Shown: piece by piece, positions 49,547 to 62,052 of the stretch
Numbering within the stretch: position 1 is the first letter of the stretch
Layout: every line of letters starts with the position of its first letter
Source: Sphaerodactylus townsendi
Lineage: Eukaryota
Direction: 5' to 3'
DNA: 64,000 nucleotides
Assembly: GCF_021028975.2 (NCBI RefSeq)
Contig: NC_059436.1
Location: 46,748,001-46,812,000, forward strand
Program-made: the position numbers and the translations under genes
Notes under the pieces: model-generated
Seen by the model: only the letters and a program-made list of their open reading frames with translations
The model's database searches: none
Told to the model about the DNA's origin: nothing

Positions 49547-50078
49547 AACCTACACATTTATATACATATTTTATAGTACACACATAGGATATTGCGAAGA
49601 GGTTGATTTGGGTACAGTGTCAGGCAGATTCACACTAGCCTGACAAGGGCCTTTGATCTCCGGATAGGGGACCAAAAGGCTTGGAATAGATTACCCAGAG
49701 GAAGCTAGTAGCCAAATGGTGGTAGAACAAAGAACTATTTTACAGCATGGCCAGGAATCGGAGTTTACCTGAGAACCAAGGAGATTGTAGTCCATAAACA
49801 TCTGGAGAGCCACAGGTTGCAGACCCCTGAGCTAGGTTGGAGCAGGCCTTGGATTGGCCATTGGAGACCTGATTTGCTGTTTTTGGAGAAAATGCTTTTG
49901 AGAAAATGCTCCACAGCATAGGAATGTTCATGGTATAACTGGAGGTAAGCTGTGTGTAAACAAGAACATATTTTTAAAGCACTATGTTAATTTAAAAAGG
50001 CATCAGCACTTTCTCCTGATGCATAACCTGAGTCCTTGACATTTTGTGGCTGGCACCTACTCATGTGCCAATCACTTG

Positions 50079-50227
50079 NNNNNNNNNNNNNNNNNNNNNN
50101 NNNNNNNNNNNNNNNNNNNNNNNNNNNNNNNNNNNNNNNNNNNNNNNNNNNNNNNNNNNNNNNNNNNNNNNNNNNNNNNNNNNNNNNNNNNNNNNNNNNN
50201 NNNNNNNNNNNNNNNNNNNNNNNNNNN
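50079..50227. other. Assembly gap (149 N)
   Basis: Run of n. Confidence 1.
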
Positions 50228-50385
50228 TCAGGCCATTGGTCTCTCAAGGTCCATATTGTCTGCTGAGGCTGCGAGCCGCTCTCCAGGGTTTTCCGGCGTA
50301 GGTCTTTCCCATCCCCAGCCACGTCATCTTTTTAACTGAAGATGGGACCTTCTGCATGCCAAACAGATGCCCTACCACTGAGCCC
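50228..50385 (-). mobile_element. tRNA-derived SINE abutting the gap; decayed relatives at ~1020-1170 and ~48710-48850
   Basis: The minus strand reads GCTCAGTGGTAGGGCATCTGTTTGGCATGCAGAAGGTCCCA (tRNA-like head). Confidence 0.6.
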
Positions 50386-51269
50386 TACCACAGAATCTTC
50401 CTCTAAGCCTTCCCAGTGGTTTCAAAGCAACATTTCAAAGACAAGTTGTTTTTACTGCTCCCCTCATGCCAATCTGGTGTTTCCACACTTACTGGTTACC
50501 AGTAATTGGAATCCGTAAGTGGTGGGCATTATCTCTGAAAATGTATTAGGCCTTGGCGGGGAGCAAAAATTCAGTAGCCCTAAATCTCTGTCACCATTGG
50601 TGTCTTGGTTTCCAGAAATTTTACTTGTGGTGTACCACTTTGCTTACTTTTTGTCACAGAGAAGCAAAGTACTCATTTAAAAAAATAAATACTTATAACA
50701 AGAAGCAGGAAGTATATCGGGTTATGATACATCAGTAGCTCTTCTGGAGCAATAGATTACAATATTCAAACAAGACAATCCCCAGACAAGTGGAGATGTA
50801 TCGGACATTTAAAAAGGTAACACTCAGACACCAGCAAGGAACATTTTCCCTGATATCCTGTTGCCATACTTCAGTTTAAAAAAACCCAACATTTTAAGAG
50901 AGTGATTCTAACCAAGCTGGAAGTCTTGAGTTCAGAGACTACTAGATAGTTTGCTACAGAAAATAATGTTGCTTTGGCAATTCGCCACCAATTAAGAACA
51001 GCCTTCACCCAATCAGACTGCATCTTTTTTTTTTGTTTTTTTGCTGGGTTTCATTTCCATGCATGCTGTGCCTTGTAAAATGACACACCTGTCTCTTGCC
51101 TTCTGGTCTCGCTTGGGAAACACCGACACACACATCTTCTGCCAGTACCCATTTGTGTGTGTATATTGCCTATATCTGCCAAGCAAGGATAACTGGGCAT
51201 CCAATAAAACAAGGTTTAGCCCACAAAAGCTTATGCCACAAAGCCTTCACTGGTGTTTAAGGTGCCATG

Positions 51270-51563
51270 GAGCAACAGTGGCATAGGTGTACTCTAATCT
51301 GGAGGAACCGGGTTTGATCCCCTGCTCTGCCGCTTTATCTGTGAAGGCTTATCTGGATAATTCAGATTAGCCTGTGCACTCCAACACATGCCAGCTGGGT
51401 GACTTTGGGCTAGTCACAGTTCTTCGGAGCTCTCTCAGCCCCACCTACCTCACAGGGTGTTTGTAGTGAGGGGAGAAGGGAAAGGTGTTTGTAAGGCCCT
51501 TTGAGTCTCCTTACAGGAGAGAAAGGGGGGGGGATATAAATCCAACTCTTCTCCTCCTTCTTC
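51270..51563 (+). mobile_element. Squam3-like SINE inserted in an old Penelope-type fragment
   Basis: Similarity to the family; flanks AAAAGCTTATGCC...TAAGGTGCCATGG and GGACTCCTTTTTGTTTTTG read as one interrupted repeat. Confidence 0.75.
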
Positions 51564-52441
51564 ATGGGACTCCTTTTTGTTTTTGAATGTAACACACTAA
51601 ATATAGCTTGAATTGGTCACAGAAGTCAAAAACGCTCTAGCGAAAATCTGGTTGTAAATATAACTTTATATAATTGTAAGCAATAAAGGAAATAACAATA
51701 AAACCAATTAAAAACGTAGAGCCACAAAACCAAGCATTTGCTTGCCTCTATGACTCCCTTTCTCATCTTGAAATACACCTCTGTCAGAGTAGGCAATAAT
51801 ACCTCCCCAATCTTAAATTTATTGTTCAGGCCTAGTATTTCCACCTGCAGCAATTCTGTGGAGGACTTTGTCTTAACAATTTTTAGTTTATTTTTTTTGT
51901 CTCACAGTTGAAAGTACAACGTGACGTTGTCTCCAATACATCCTTCCTTAATGCTTTTTATAAACTCTGGGTCCAAACATAACACAGATTTTCTTTTCTC
52001 TCCACATTCCTCCAGTTTTCTAAAACGCTGTTCTCACACATTATCTCTGTTCTCTTTTTCCAGCCCTACGCTTTGACTTTAAAGCTTCTAGCACTTGCAT
52101 GTAGAGATTTCTGCCAGGTTTCCTTCTCAAAGTATCCTTGGCATACATGGTTTCCCCTGTGGCTGTTTGGTCATATTAATTCCTGAGCTGTAAGGTTCAT
52201 CTCCTCAGGAAGGAAGTATCTGTCTTCAGAATTCTTCTCTTCTCTGGTTGCAGTCTTCCTCGGGCCCACTTAACTTCACTTGCTGGCAGCTGAAATGCAC
52301 GTTTGTGACGGTTCTGAGCTACTCTCTGGATGGCACCATTCAGTAGCGTTTGAATCTCATTTTAGTGTCTAGGTTTGAAAGGCTGTTCCCACTAGATAAC
52401 AGTTATGCTGATGTTCATGAAGTGAATGCTATGCCAAAGAG

Positions 52442-52575
52442 CACAGGTGTCAAACTCATGCCCTCCAGATGTTATGGACTACAGTTCCCATTATCCCCTG
52501 CCAGCATCATGCTGGCAGGGGATGATGGGAACTGTAGTCCATAACATCTGGAGGGCTGTCAGTTTGACACCTATG
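52442..52575. mobile_element. Palindromic hAT MITE, CAYAGGTGTCAAA type
   Basis: Perfect TSD CCAAAGAG. Confidence 0.9.
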
Positions 52576-53019
52576 CCAAAGAGTTTCTCCCTCATGCTTG
52601 TGGCACTGAAACTGTGCTTTCCCCCCTTCTTTTTAAATATAGTGATGGTTTTTCTTCCCACTCTTACTGGGTTGCTGTCCTGGGGATCAGCGAAACCCTT
52701 CCAAAGAATATGTGATGTACAAATCAGGGTCAGAAGGCTGCTTTGGTTTATTAAATGTATCATATCTTCTAATTATCCTGCTTTTGCTAAAATGTGGTAA
52801 AGTACGACAAGAAACGAGACTTGTTAGTCTGGTAGTTTGAGAACCATACCGCAGTACGGGTACACATAACCTCGTTTCTTTGATTTAGTTAATTTTATAT
52901 TATCGTGTATATGCCAATAAAGGTTTATTGAATTGAATTGAATTGATTTAGTTAAAAACCTGCATGGCAGTATTAGATGCCCCTTTGGTTTGAGCCAGTT
53001 TCTCTCAACAGCGGCGGCA

Positions 53020-53375
53020 GAGGAGGAGGAGGGTTGGATTTTATAACCCCCCTTTCTCTCCCGCACGGAGACTCGAAGGGGCTTACAATCTCCTTTCCCT
53101 TCCCCCTCCCTCACAACAAACACCCTGTGAGGTGGGTGGGGCTGAGAAAGCTCAGAACAGTGGTGGCGAACCTTTGGCACTCCAGAGGTTATGGACTACA
53201 ATTCCCATCAGCCCCTGCTAGCATGGCCAATTGGTCACTCAGCTGACATGTGTTGGAGTGCACAGGTTAATCTGAATTTCCCAGATAAGCCTCCACAGTT
53301 CAAGCGGCAGAGCGGGGAATCAAACTCGGTTCCTCCAGTTTAGAGTACACCTGCTTTTAACCACTACGGCACTGC
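53020..53375 (-). mobile_element. Squam3-like SINE with half a hAT MITE inserted (53158-53233)
   Basis: SINE similarity is interrupted by CAGTGGTGGCGAACC...GGCCAATTGG. Confidence 0.75.
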
Positions 53376-53519
53376 TGGTCAAGGCAATGAGAACCGGGTG
53401 CCTTGAAGCAGCTCACAAGCAATCTCCTATTTTGTCTGTAGTGTCTAGAAAACAAAAGATTTTCCTTGACTATCAAGATTCCAGTCTTGGCCTCCTTTGC
53501 TAAAAGCCATTGATTAGAC

Positions 53520-53692
53520 CAGTGGTTCTCAACCTGGGGGTCAGGTCGAACAACCCTTTCACAGGGGTCGCCTAAGTCTCTCTGCATCAGTGTTCTCCAT
53601 CTGTAAAATGGATAAATGTTAGGGTTGGGGGTCACCACAACATGAGGAACTGTATTAAAGGGTCGCGGCATGAGGAAGGTTGAGAACCACTG
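53520..53692 (-). mobile_element. SPIN/URR1-type hAT MITE
   Basis: CAGTGGTTCTCAACC TIRs; internal reverse complement of GACCCTTTAATACAGTTCCTCATGTTGTGGTGACCCCCAACC; perfect TSD GATTAGAC. Confidence 0.88.
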
Positions 53693-56093
53693 GATTAGAC
53701 AGTTTATTCATGAATATAAGTCTAAGACACCTTCTCCATTACTATGGTAATATGTTGAGTGGAATGATCCAATAATTTCTGTGTCAGTGGGAAACTTTTA
53801 AGCACACATGTTGCTTATGATTAGAGTGTGTATTAAATGTAAGATTCCAGAGTGGTAGTAGAGTTAGTCTGTTGCAGAAGTGACGTGAAGAGGTCTTGTG
53901 GACCTTCAGAGATTAACAGATCTATTATCCCACATTTAGCCCACCTCACTGGGTTGATTTGCAGAATAACTGCCCTGACAACTATCGATAAACAAACTGT
54001 GGTTATATATGTGACGTGGAAAATTCTCTCCCCTCCATCATTGGCTTGTGTGAAGAGTTGAAGATTCTTGAAGTTGGTGTCATGTCACTGGAACCATTTT
54101 TCCTCTGGTGAAACTGCAAGAGGAAAGGATAAAAAAATGATGCAATTCGGTGTTGCCAGCAATAATTGGTTCCTCTGAAGTAAACTACATAGGGTGGAAC
54201 AGAATTTTAAGCAAACTCCTTTCATTTTCGTTCTTTTTGTGATCTGGAAACCTGCTGCAGCTGAGATTGCTGTCTTGCTGTTTCATTGTTAGTGCTGAAA
54301 TACTTTTCTGTACTGTGACATACAGGTGGAGCGCGGAATGACTGGGTGAAAGGGTGCTGATTCCTTGGGGCAACGGCTTTGTTGATTCTTTGTTCACTTG
54401 GGTAGCACCTGACAGATTTTTGATGGAGTATGCCAAAATATGTTGGGGTGTGGACCTCTCATATAATCAGGGCTATTTTTATATCACCTGTTATATAATG
54501 CGCATTTCTCTGGCATTTCCGGTCTCGAGCTGCATTAATGTTTGGCATAACTTTTTTTTTTTAATCCCTGAATTTAACAGTAGAAAAGACTCCTGTTTGG
54601 GTGTAGTCTTTTGAAGGTCCAGTTTGTTTGCATGTTCATGGTACGTATTGAAACTCACAGTGCATAAGAACAGGATCTCTGCGGGTTTTTTTGGGGGGGG
54701 GGTGTCTTAAATTCTTTTGTCTTAGAGAAGAATCACTCATTTCGTTCTGTTTGACAGAAACCTACGGAAACAAGCCTTGCCTTCCCATTTCCCACCTCAA
54801 AAACAAAATGAAGATGACAGTAATGGCACAAAGCCTAGATCACGAAGCAGAAGTTTCTTCAAAGGGGTGTGAGCCGTATAGATCTTTGTCAGCCTGACGG
54901 TAGAATGCTTTGAAGAAGAGCCATTGTGCAAACCTGACTGTGAACAAGCAGGGTTTTGTATTACGCTTCTACAAAATGGTAACTCAGGTGCCCAGCACTT
55001 GGTGGGAACAATTCACTGGGATATGAGAACGACAGAGGAATCCCGATGTCCTCCTTAGGGAGTTCTGGTTCACAAAACGATATTGTGTAACTAGGTCTGT
55101 CACGTTTAATACAAGAACTGCTCTGTGGCCCAGTGTTCATAAGCAAGTTGTGGTAGCAGTGACCTTCCCCAGCCGTCCTTGTCATCTGGAAGCTGGAGGC
55201 ATGCTTTTCTGACTATAGATGTGGTTTTCTCTTCTCATGGCTAGCAGCCTTTCATAGGCCTGCCTTCCGAGATGCACTAATTGCGGATAAGGTGGGGGAG
55301 TACAGAAGTTCACTAATTAAAAATATATAATCTGCACCATGGCTTAGCATTATAAAAACTGTATTTTAACTCTTATCACAGGCAATACTTAAGTAAACAG
55401 AGACTGAAATAAAGAACTTCGGCCCATAAAATAGTTGCAAAATAATTCCTGTTATCACAGGACTGTACTGACGCTACTCGCATCTGTCGTTTAAAGAAAC
55501 AGAACTCGGGAAATTCCGATGTAACGAAGTAAACAAACAGGCCTAACAAACTAGGAGGGGGAAAGGGAACAAAATAATTTCTCACTGTCAACCAGGACAT
55601 GAAGGACAGCATTGCCTTCCAATCAGTATATGCCCACTGTAGTCCTTACTATGTGGAAAAGCTCAGTTAAGTACATGCAGGGCTGATTAACTCACAGCTG
55701 GAACCATTAATCACCAAGTGCCCCCAGTCAGATAAACAGGGATTCTGATTAAGTCCAAAGGGTTCCACGCACTTGAAACGAAGTATGAAGTAAGATTCAG
55801 TCTGAAGAAGTCTTCTATGAACATTAAAGCGTTGGTTCCCTGATGTTGTCGCAGTCACCAAAAGAGGAGCCTCTGCAGGGTGTTGATGACAAATAAAGTG
55901 GTTCACCAAACTAATTGCATGACTCATTTCGTTTTAGTATGTGACTGGAGTTTTTCAAAATCGCCGTTCAAGTTCCAGGAAAAGGCTATTAATATTGAAG
56001 AGCTATGCCAGTTTTCTCAGAATGGGTCTGCATACAGACATTGCTGAAGCTTTCTCATAAAGATCTTACAATATCTTCTACTTCCCTTTATAC

Positions 56094-56291
56094 CAGTGGT
56101 TCTCAACCTTCCTAATGCCGCGACCCTTTAATACAGTTCCTCATGTTGTGGTGACCCCCAACCATAAAATTATTTGTGTCTCAGTTCCTAAGACCATTGG
56201 AAATAGGTGTTTTCCGATGGTCTTAGGCGACCCCTGTGAAAGGGTCGTTCAACCCCCAAAGGGGTCACGACCCACAGGTTGAGAACCGCTG
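56094..56291 (+). mobile_element. SPIN/URR1-type hAT MITE
   Basis: CAGTGGTTCTCAACCTTCCTAATGCCGCGACCCTTTAATACAGTTCCTCATGTTGTGG...GACCCACAGGTTGAGAACCGCTG; perfect TSD CTTTATAC. Confidence 0.9.
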
Positions 56292-56382
56292 CTTTATACC
56301 ATTGTGCATTTCCACAAAATTGTTCTCCTTCAAAGCCTAGTCCATTTCTGGTATCCACTAGTCTCGTGGATACCAGAAAGAA

Positions 56383-56724
56383 CTTGGAAGAACTCTATAA
56401 TTCCCGAAGCCTAAAGAAAGCCCAGAATATTCTGAGAGACCCGTCTCATCCAGCACACTCTCTTTTTGAACTGTTGCCATCCGGCAGACGATACAGGTCT
56501 ATCAAAACTAGGACAAAGAGGCTCAGAGACAGCTTCTACTCTAGAGCTGTGGCTATGCTAAACTCCGTGGCTTCGTGTTGATGTGTTTGGGGCTGTGTAG
56601 GGATGGGTGGAGGAAGGGGAAAGTGAGGATGGGGTATGAGTCTGAAATTGTGTGCATCGAGGAATGCAGTTGTAAATTTCGTTGTGCGTGCACAATGACA
56701 ATAAAATGCTTATGCTTATGCTTA
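56383..56724 (+). mobile_element. Rex1/Babar-clade LINE 3' end
   Basis: LEELYNSRSLKKAQNILRDPSHPAHSLFELLPSGRRYRSIKTRTKRLRDSFYSRAVAMLN; ends AATGACAATAAA plus (ATGCTT)n. Confidence 0.8.
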
Positions 56725-58775
56725 AAGAAGATCTAACATAGATGATAAACATGGATGTTGCTAGGTAGAGCTGAATCATTCTTCTCCTTGGACGCTACCA
56801 GTTTGTGGTACTGATTTCTTATACTAGACCTGCTATCCTCAACAAATCTGGCATCTTCCCATTGCATTTTAAATGCTAAAGGCTTGTGATCGCCACAACA
56901 AAGAGGCACCTTAAAATGAACAAATGGGGCATCAGCTTTCACGGACAAGTGTTCAGTTCATCAGACACATTAAATGTACCCTCAAATTGGCAAACATACA
57001 CCCCATTCTGAAAACTCTGGAAAGCTAAAGCTTTGTCTTCATGCGCTACATCTTTTTATCCCCCTTTGAAATCCAGCCTCATAAAATGTTTTAATGAGCT
57101 TGAAAACGTGCTCACTGCTTTAGTCAGTCGTATTACAGGCGTTACCTCCCCTGTTGTGACTCTATCTTTTCCTCTAGCATTTACTAATTACCACTTACCA
57201 TTCTAATGACTGAGAGAATTTTCTTGCTATTCCTACCCATTTTTGGTTAGGATGCTGTTCTAACTTTTATTTATGACCGTGACTGCAAAGGAAGGGGGTG
57301 CTGTCTGTATCAAATCCAGAACAGGGTTATTTTTGTGTATTGCTCACAATGTGTCAACACTGAGTTCAGTCAGCAGCATGATGTTTAACAAGCTGCGCTT
57401 GTGGGGCAAGTAGTCACAAAGAATGTCTTTCTGTGTTCCCCGAGCTTCCAAAGTCAGAACTGAGTTGCAAGGTAGTTTTCAATAAAAGCAAAATCTTACA
57501 ATTAATTGCCGCTATCTCAAAATTGAAACTAGATCCTAATATTTAATGCTGCCAATGTCACTGCTACGTCAGTGCTGTCAACTTTAAACTTTGCCAGATG
57601 TCTTCCAAATACACCGAACATGGCTGCAAAGTGAGTGGCTTGGGTTTCCTGGTGGAAGGTTCCAGAAGATGGATTACCACTGAGAGAACACTGCTCCTGG
57701 ACTTGTAGTTTGCAGCTTGTTTCAATTCTCTTACTGTTGAGATAATGTGACCTCCAGTGTCTACTTCTGGATCGTTGCATTGTGCAGCGGTTGCTACTTC
57801 AATAGTAAGTTCTAGAGGTCAGTTCTGGATTATGGCAGAGGAGGAAAGCTTCTGTTCTAGATGAGAGAGGGGTGAAAATGTTAGAGCGGATATTTTAAAC
57901 TTACATCCCGGGGGCCAAATTTGACCCCTTGAGGGGGCTTATCAGGTCTTTGAGTCAGCGAAGGCAATCCCCTCCCTCACTCCTGATTTAGGCTGGGGGG
58001 TTGCCTCCGCTAACAGACCTGATAAGCCCTCCCAAGGCAGCCACCTCACCTCACTGGGGGCTCGCCAGCCCAACCACCCCAACAGAGCCCAGCCCGACCA
58101 AGTCATATTTATGTCACATCCAGCTCTCATAACATATGTTAACCTCTGTGTTAAGAGTGTTAAAAGTCAAGATAGGCAAGCTTGAGTTGTATCTAGAAAA
58201 TTACAGAGCCAGAAGAGAGATAAGCGCTGACGTAACATATTCTTGTCAACCAAAACGTTAGGACATTTGGCTTGCCATGTTTCATCACCTTCGAAGTGTA
58301 CCTGTATAAATATATTATTATTTTATTATTTATTAAATTTATAGGCCGCCTCATCCCCGAAGGGCTCGAGGTGGCTCACAACACAGCTGTTTCAACAGCA
58401 AATTGATACAACATAAAAATTAACCCATTAAAACTCAGCAGCAATTAATAACAATAAATAATTAAAACAGCAAGATTGTGTAATACATATACACATATAC
58501 ACAGGCGCCCGATCTAAAGGCCAAAAGAAGAAAAGAAGAAGAAAGAGGGAAGAAGGGGAGGAGATAGGCAGGGCCCGAGATGGAATTTGGGCCCAACCAA
58601 GATTGTCCGACCAAAATAGCCACTTGTTTGCTCACCTTGGGCAAGTAAGAACTGTTTGCAGGTGAGCAAGCATGGAAGCTTAAAAATAAAATCCCCGCCA
58701 TTTCTTTTGGCCCGCAGAAATATGTAGACAGGAGGGCCACTAACTTGCATGGGCCTTTTGTGGGCTTATCAGTGC

Positions 58776-58883
58776 CAGAGGCGTAGCTGGGTCATACTGT
58801 GGGGTGGCAGGGGTGATTTCCCGCCCCCAGCCATGCGCCCGGTGCAACGCGCACACCCCGGCTCCCTGGTAGCTCTGCCTCTG
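58776..58883. mobile_element. Small hAT (Tip100-like) MITE
   Basis: TIRs CAGAGGCGTAGCT / AGCTCTGCCTCTG; perfect TSD ATCAGTGC. Confidence 0.8.
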
Positions 58884-59459
58884 ATCAGTGCATATACTTA
58901 GACATGTTGCAGATGCTCCAAAGGCATGCCCCAGGAAAGCCTTGCCATCCAGCTGTGGTCATGGCTCATTTGCCGCCACCAGCAGCATGAGTTTATTTGG
59001 ACTGCTGCAGTACTTCCTTCTGGCAACTGTCCTGGCTTCTCACCAAAAGCAATCCATGTTCTTTCTGTCGATGTGGCAGTAAGACTTTGTGCTGAACCGT
59101 TCCAACTTCTTCATGCTGCGCTTCACTTGTACCTTGAAATCGTAATTGATCACCTAACTCCCGTAACCTCTGGTCCAAACTCTGCAACCTTTGCCGTGCC
59201 ATTTGCTGCGTTGCTTCTAATAGTAACGCCTTGGCTCAGAGACCCGGTTGTACTTTGAATTGTAATGACAGCACAGTAGTAGCATGGTTGAGAAATTTTG
59301 CCCAAGGACAAGTAGCAGGCGTGTTAGATCAATCCAGCAACTGAATTCACTTGTATGCTTGCTCTTCGTTTTATAAGAACATTGTGTACCTGCCAGACCT
59401 CGGATTCGAAAATAAGACTAACTGTAGGTTTGCTCAGTGATCTGTATTTGGAACCTGAA

Positions 59460-59875
59460 GGACAGCATTACAAAGACGTTTCTGAAAAGCCCTAGCATGT
59501 ATACTGCTCAAGGCCTTAAAGGTTGGAACCAAAACCTTGAACATGATCTGGAATTCTATTGGCAACCAGTGCAGCTGGCATAGTATCAGTGTAATATGGG
59601 CTCTCACCCTTGCTTCTGCGTTCTGAACCAATTTTAGCGTCTGAATCAGTCTCAAGGGCAGGCCTGTATAGAGTGAATTACAGTAATCTAACCTAGAGGT
59701 GACCGTTGCATGGATCACTGTGGACAGGTCTGAGTGGAAGAGGTAAAGGGCCAACTATCTGGCCTGATGCAGATGGAAGGAGACCACCTCGGCCATATGG
59801 GCGACCTGGGTCTCTGTAGACAAGGACTCCAGTCACACCCAGGCTCTTGACAGATGAAATGGGTATTAATGCCAC
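59460..59875 (-). mobile_element. L2 LINE fragment
   Basis: VIHATVTSRLDYCNSLYTGLPLRLIQTLKLVQN...LHWLPIEFQIMFKVLV. Confidence 0.8.
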
Positions 59876-60502
59876 TTCTTGAGAAATGGTGCAAGGAGTG
59901 TATGAAACAGGGAGAATAATTTTTTTTCTAAATTTAAAACAATCAGATTTTTATTTAAATCAGATTTTTAAAATAAAATGCCTTTGAGGAAAAAAATCTA
60001 TCTAAATATAGTTTTCTATTTAGGATACATTATAGACCAAAGATCATGGAATAAGGATTAGTTTTTAATTGCATAGCATGAGACTGTATATTCACGCCGT
60101 GTTTATTTTTGGGAGTAATTGAATTCCACTAATCCGTTCGCAATGTCATGCTCTTCCAGAGGTTTCTGTAAGATTGTTTGGTGCTATTTTTCTAAAAGAC
60201 ATTGTGGATGCTTGGTTTTGCCATTCTGTAAAACTGCCCAAAATAGAATCTGTGCTTTTGTCAAATCAAAGATCTCTGTGAATCTATTCCCAAGTGTGCT
60301 GTGTTTAGTATTCTGTATCACTGGATCCATTACTAAACTGGTTGGCTCTTGTGTGGTTAACTAAAGCCATACAAGAAAGAGATGCATAGACAAGGTATTT
60401 ACGTGCTAAAGGACTTCCTAGACTGGGAATAAACATGATTTTGTCAGATAACCCAAAGGGGAATCCTAAAATGTTGGAATAGAATGTTGAGAGCACCTAG
60501 AC

Positions 60503-60631
60503 TAAGGGTGGGCAACCTATTGTGCTCCAGATGTTCATGGACTACAATTCCCATCAGTTGGCCATGCTGGCAGGGGCTGATGGGAACTGTAGTCCATAAA
60601 CATCTGGAACACAATAGGTTGGCCACCCCTG
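60503..60631. mobile_element. Palindromic hAT MITE, CAGGGGTGGCCAACC type
   Basis: TSD ACCTAGAC/AGCTAGAC. Confidence 0.85.
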
Positions 60632-60844
60632 AGCTAGACCATGGAATCAGGTTGCAAGAAGACCAGACCAGGTGCTCACTTAGCAGACCAGCTGCTCAGG
60701 AGCAGCAGCAGCAGAAGGCCATTGCTTTCACATCCTGCACGTGAGCTCCCAAAGGCACTTGGTGGGCCACTGCGAGTAGCAGAGTGCTGGACTAGATGGA
60801 CTCTGGTCTGATCCAGCAGGCTAGTTCTTATGTTCTTAAGAACC

Positions 60845-61465
60845 AGTGAAGAGCTCTCTCTTTGGCAAGGTGCAGTGTGCTTCCTTCAGCTGTAACAACA
60901 AGAAGAGGTCTAAAAATTCCCTACCAGGACAGAATCTGTGATTGCAACATGAAGCAGACTGAATCTGTCATTCACATGCCTCTACATTGCCCATTTTATA
61001 AGACAATCAGGTCCAACTTGCTGCCCCTGTACTCATTAATAAAGAAGGTCTATCAGACCAACAAAAAAATCTGATCTTTTAAACAATGATTCTTCCACTA
61101 TCTCTGAAATGGTGGCTAAGCACCTGTGTTATGTAATGTCAAAGGCTTTCACAGCCGGATTCAACTGGTTGTTGTGGGTTTTCCGGGCTGTGTGACATTA
61201 GTCTGGTAGATCCTGTTCCTAACATTTTGCCTGCATCTGTGGCTGGCATCTTCAGAGATGTATCACAGAGATAAGTTTATTACACACTGTGTCTGTTACA
61301 GATGCAGGCAAAACGTTAGGAACAAGATCTACCAGACCACGGCCACACAGCCCGGAAAACCCACAACGATCAACCACCTGTGTTATGACATTAAGTTGCA
61401 ACCATGATTGTATTACTCTGTGTTCACTACTAATCTGTATTATTTATTATGCCAGTAAAAGGTTT
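60845..61465 (+). mobile_element. RTE-X-like LINE 3' fragment with CCHC knuckle; similar tail at ~52880-52950
   Basis: LARCSVLPSA...IPYQDRICDC...ESVIHMPLHCPFY; ends TATGCCAGTAAAAGG. Confidence 0.6.
61134..61374. mobile_element. Penelope-like inverted remnant (subfamily B) nested in an RTE-X-like LINE fragment
   Basis: Perfect 13-bp TSD CACCTGTGTTATG (61121-61133 / 61375-61387); hammerheads degenerate. Confidence 0.8.
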
Positions 61466-62052
61466 GATGGGAAGTTGCAAGAAACTTGAGGTAGGGCAGC
61501 AACTCAAAAGCTATGCAAGCAAGAAAAGTTTGAGTCTGACTTCATGGGTAGGAGGCTGTGGTAGCCCATGTCAGTGATCCGCAAGAAATGTTCTCTGTGG
61601 AACAGCTGATTGTCATTTGCATCACCGATTAATTGAAATTACCAAAGCTGACATCATCTGCATCTGAGCCATTCTCTCCCTATTGTGGGGATTGCTTTTT
61701 GTTTAGAGAATTGCTGTAGTGTTCTGGGAGCAAAACAGTGCGGAGAGGATGAAACAGATGAATGTTCATCTGTTGAGTGTGGCTGTTTTCTCTCCATGGA
61801 TGATATGAGTCAAGTCACGAATGAATGACTTTCGAGCATGACTTTTTGTGTCATGGCTGGAGGTTGCCTTTTGGCCAAGACAGAATGCCTTTTGAGTGGG
61901 CTGTTGCTGTTCTAAAGTTTGTCACTACTTGCATCTTAAGCTTCTGTGTCATGCATTTACGGGACAATGTAAAATCTTGAATCCAAGAGTGCGCTTACAG
62001 ATAATGCAGCTTCTTGGCTTCCAACATGGTTGAGGCCTTGGTCATCTTATCA

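Noticed and set aside
49987-50339. ORFs spanning X runs
   Set aside because: Artefacts of translating through the assembly gap.
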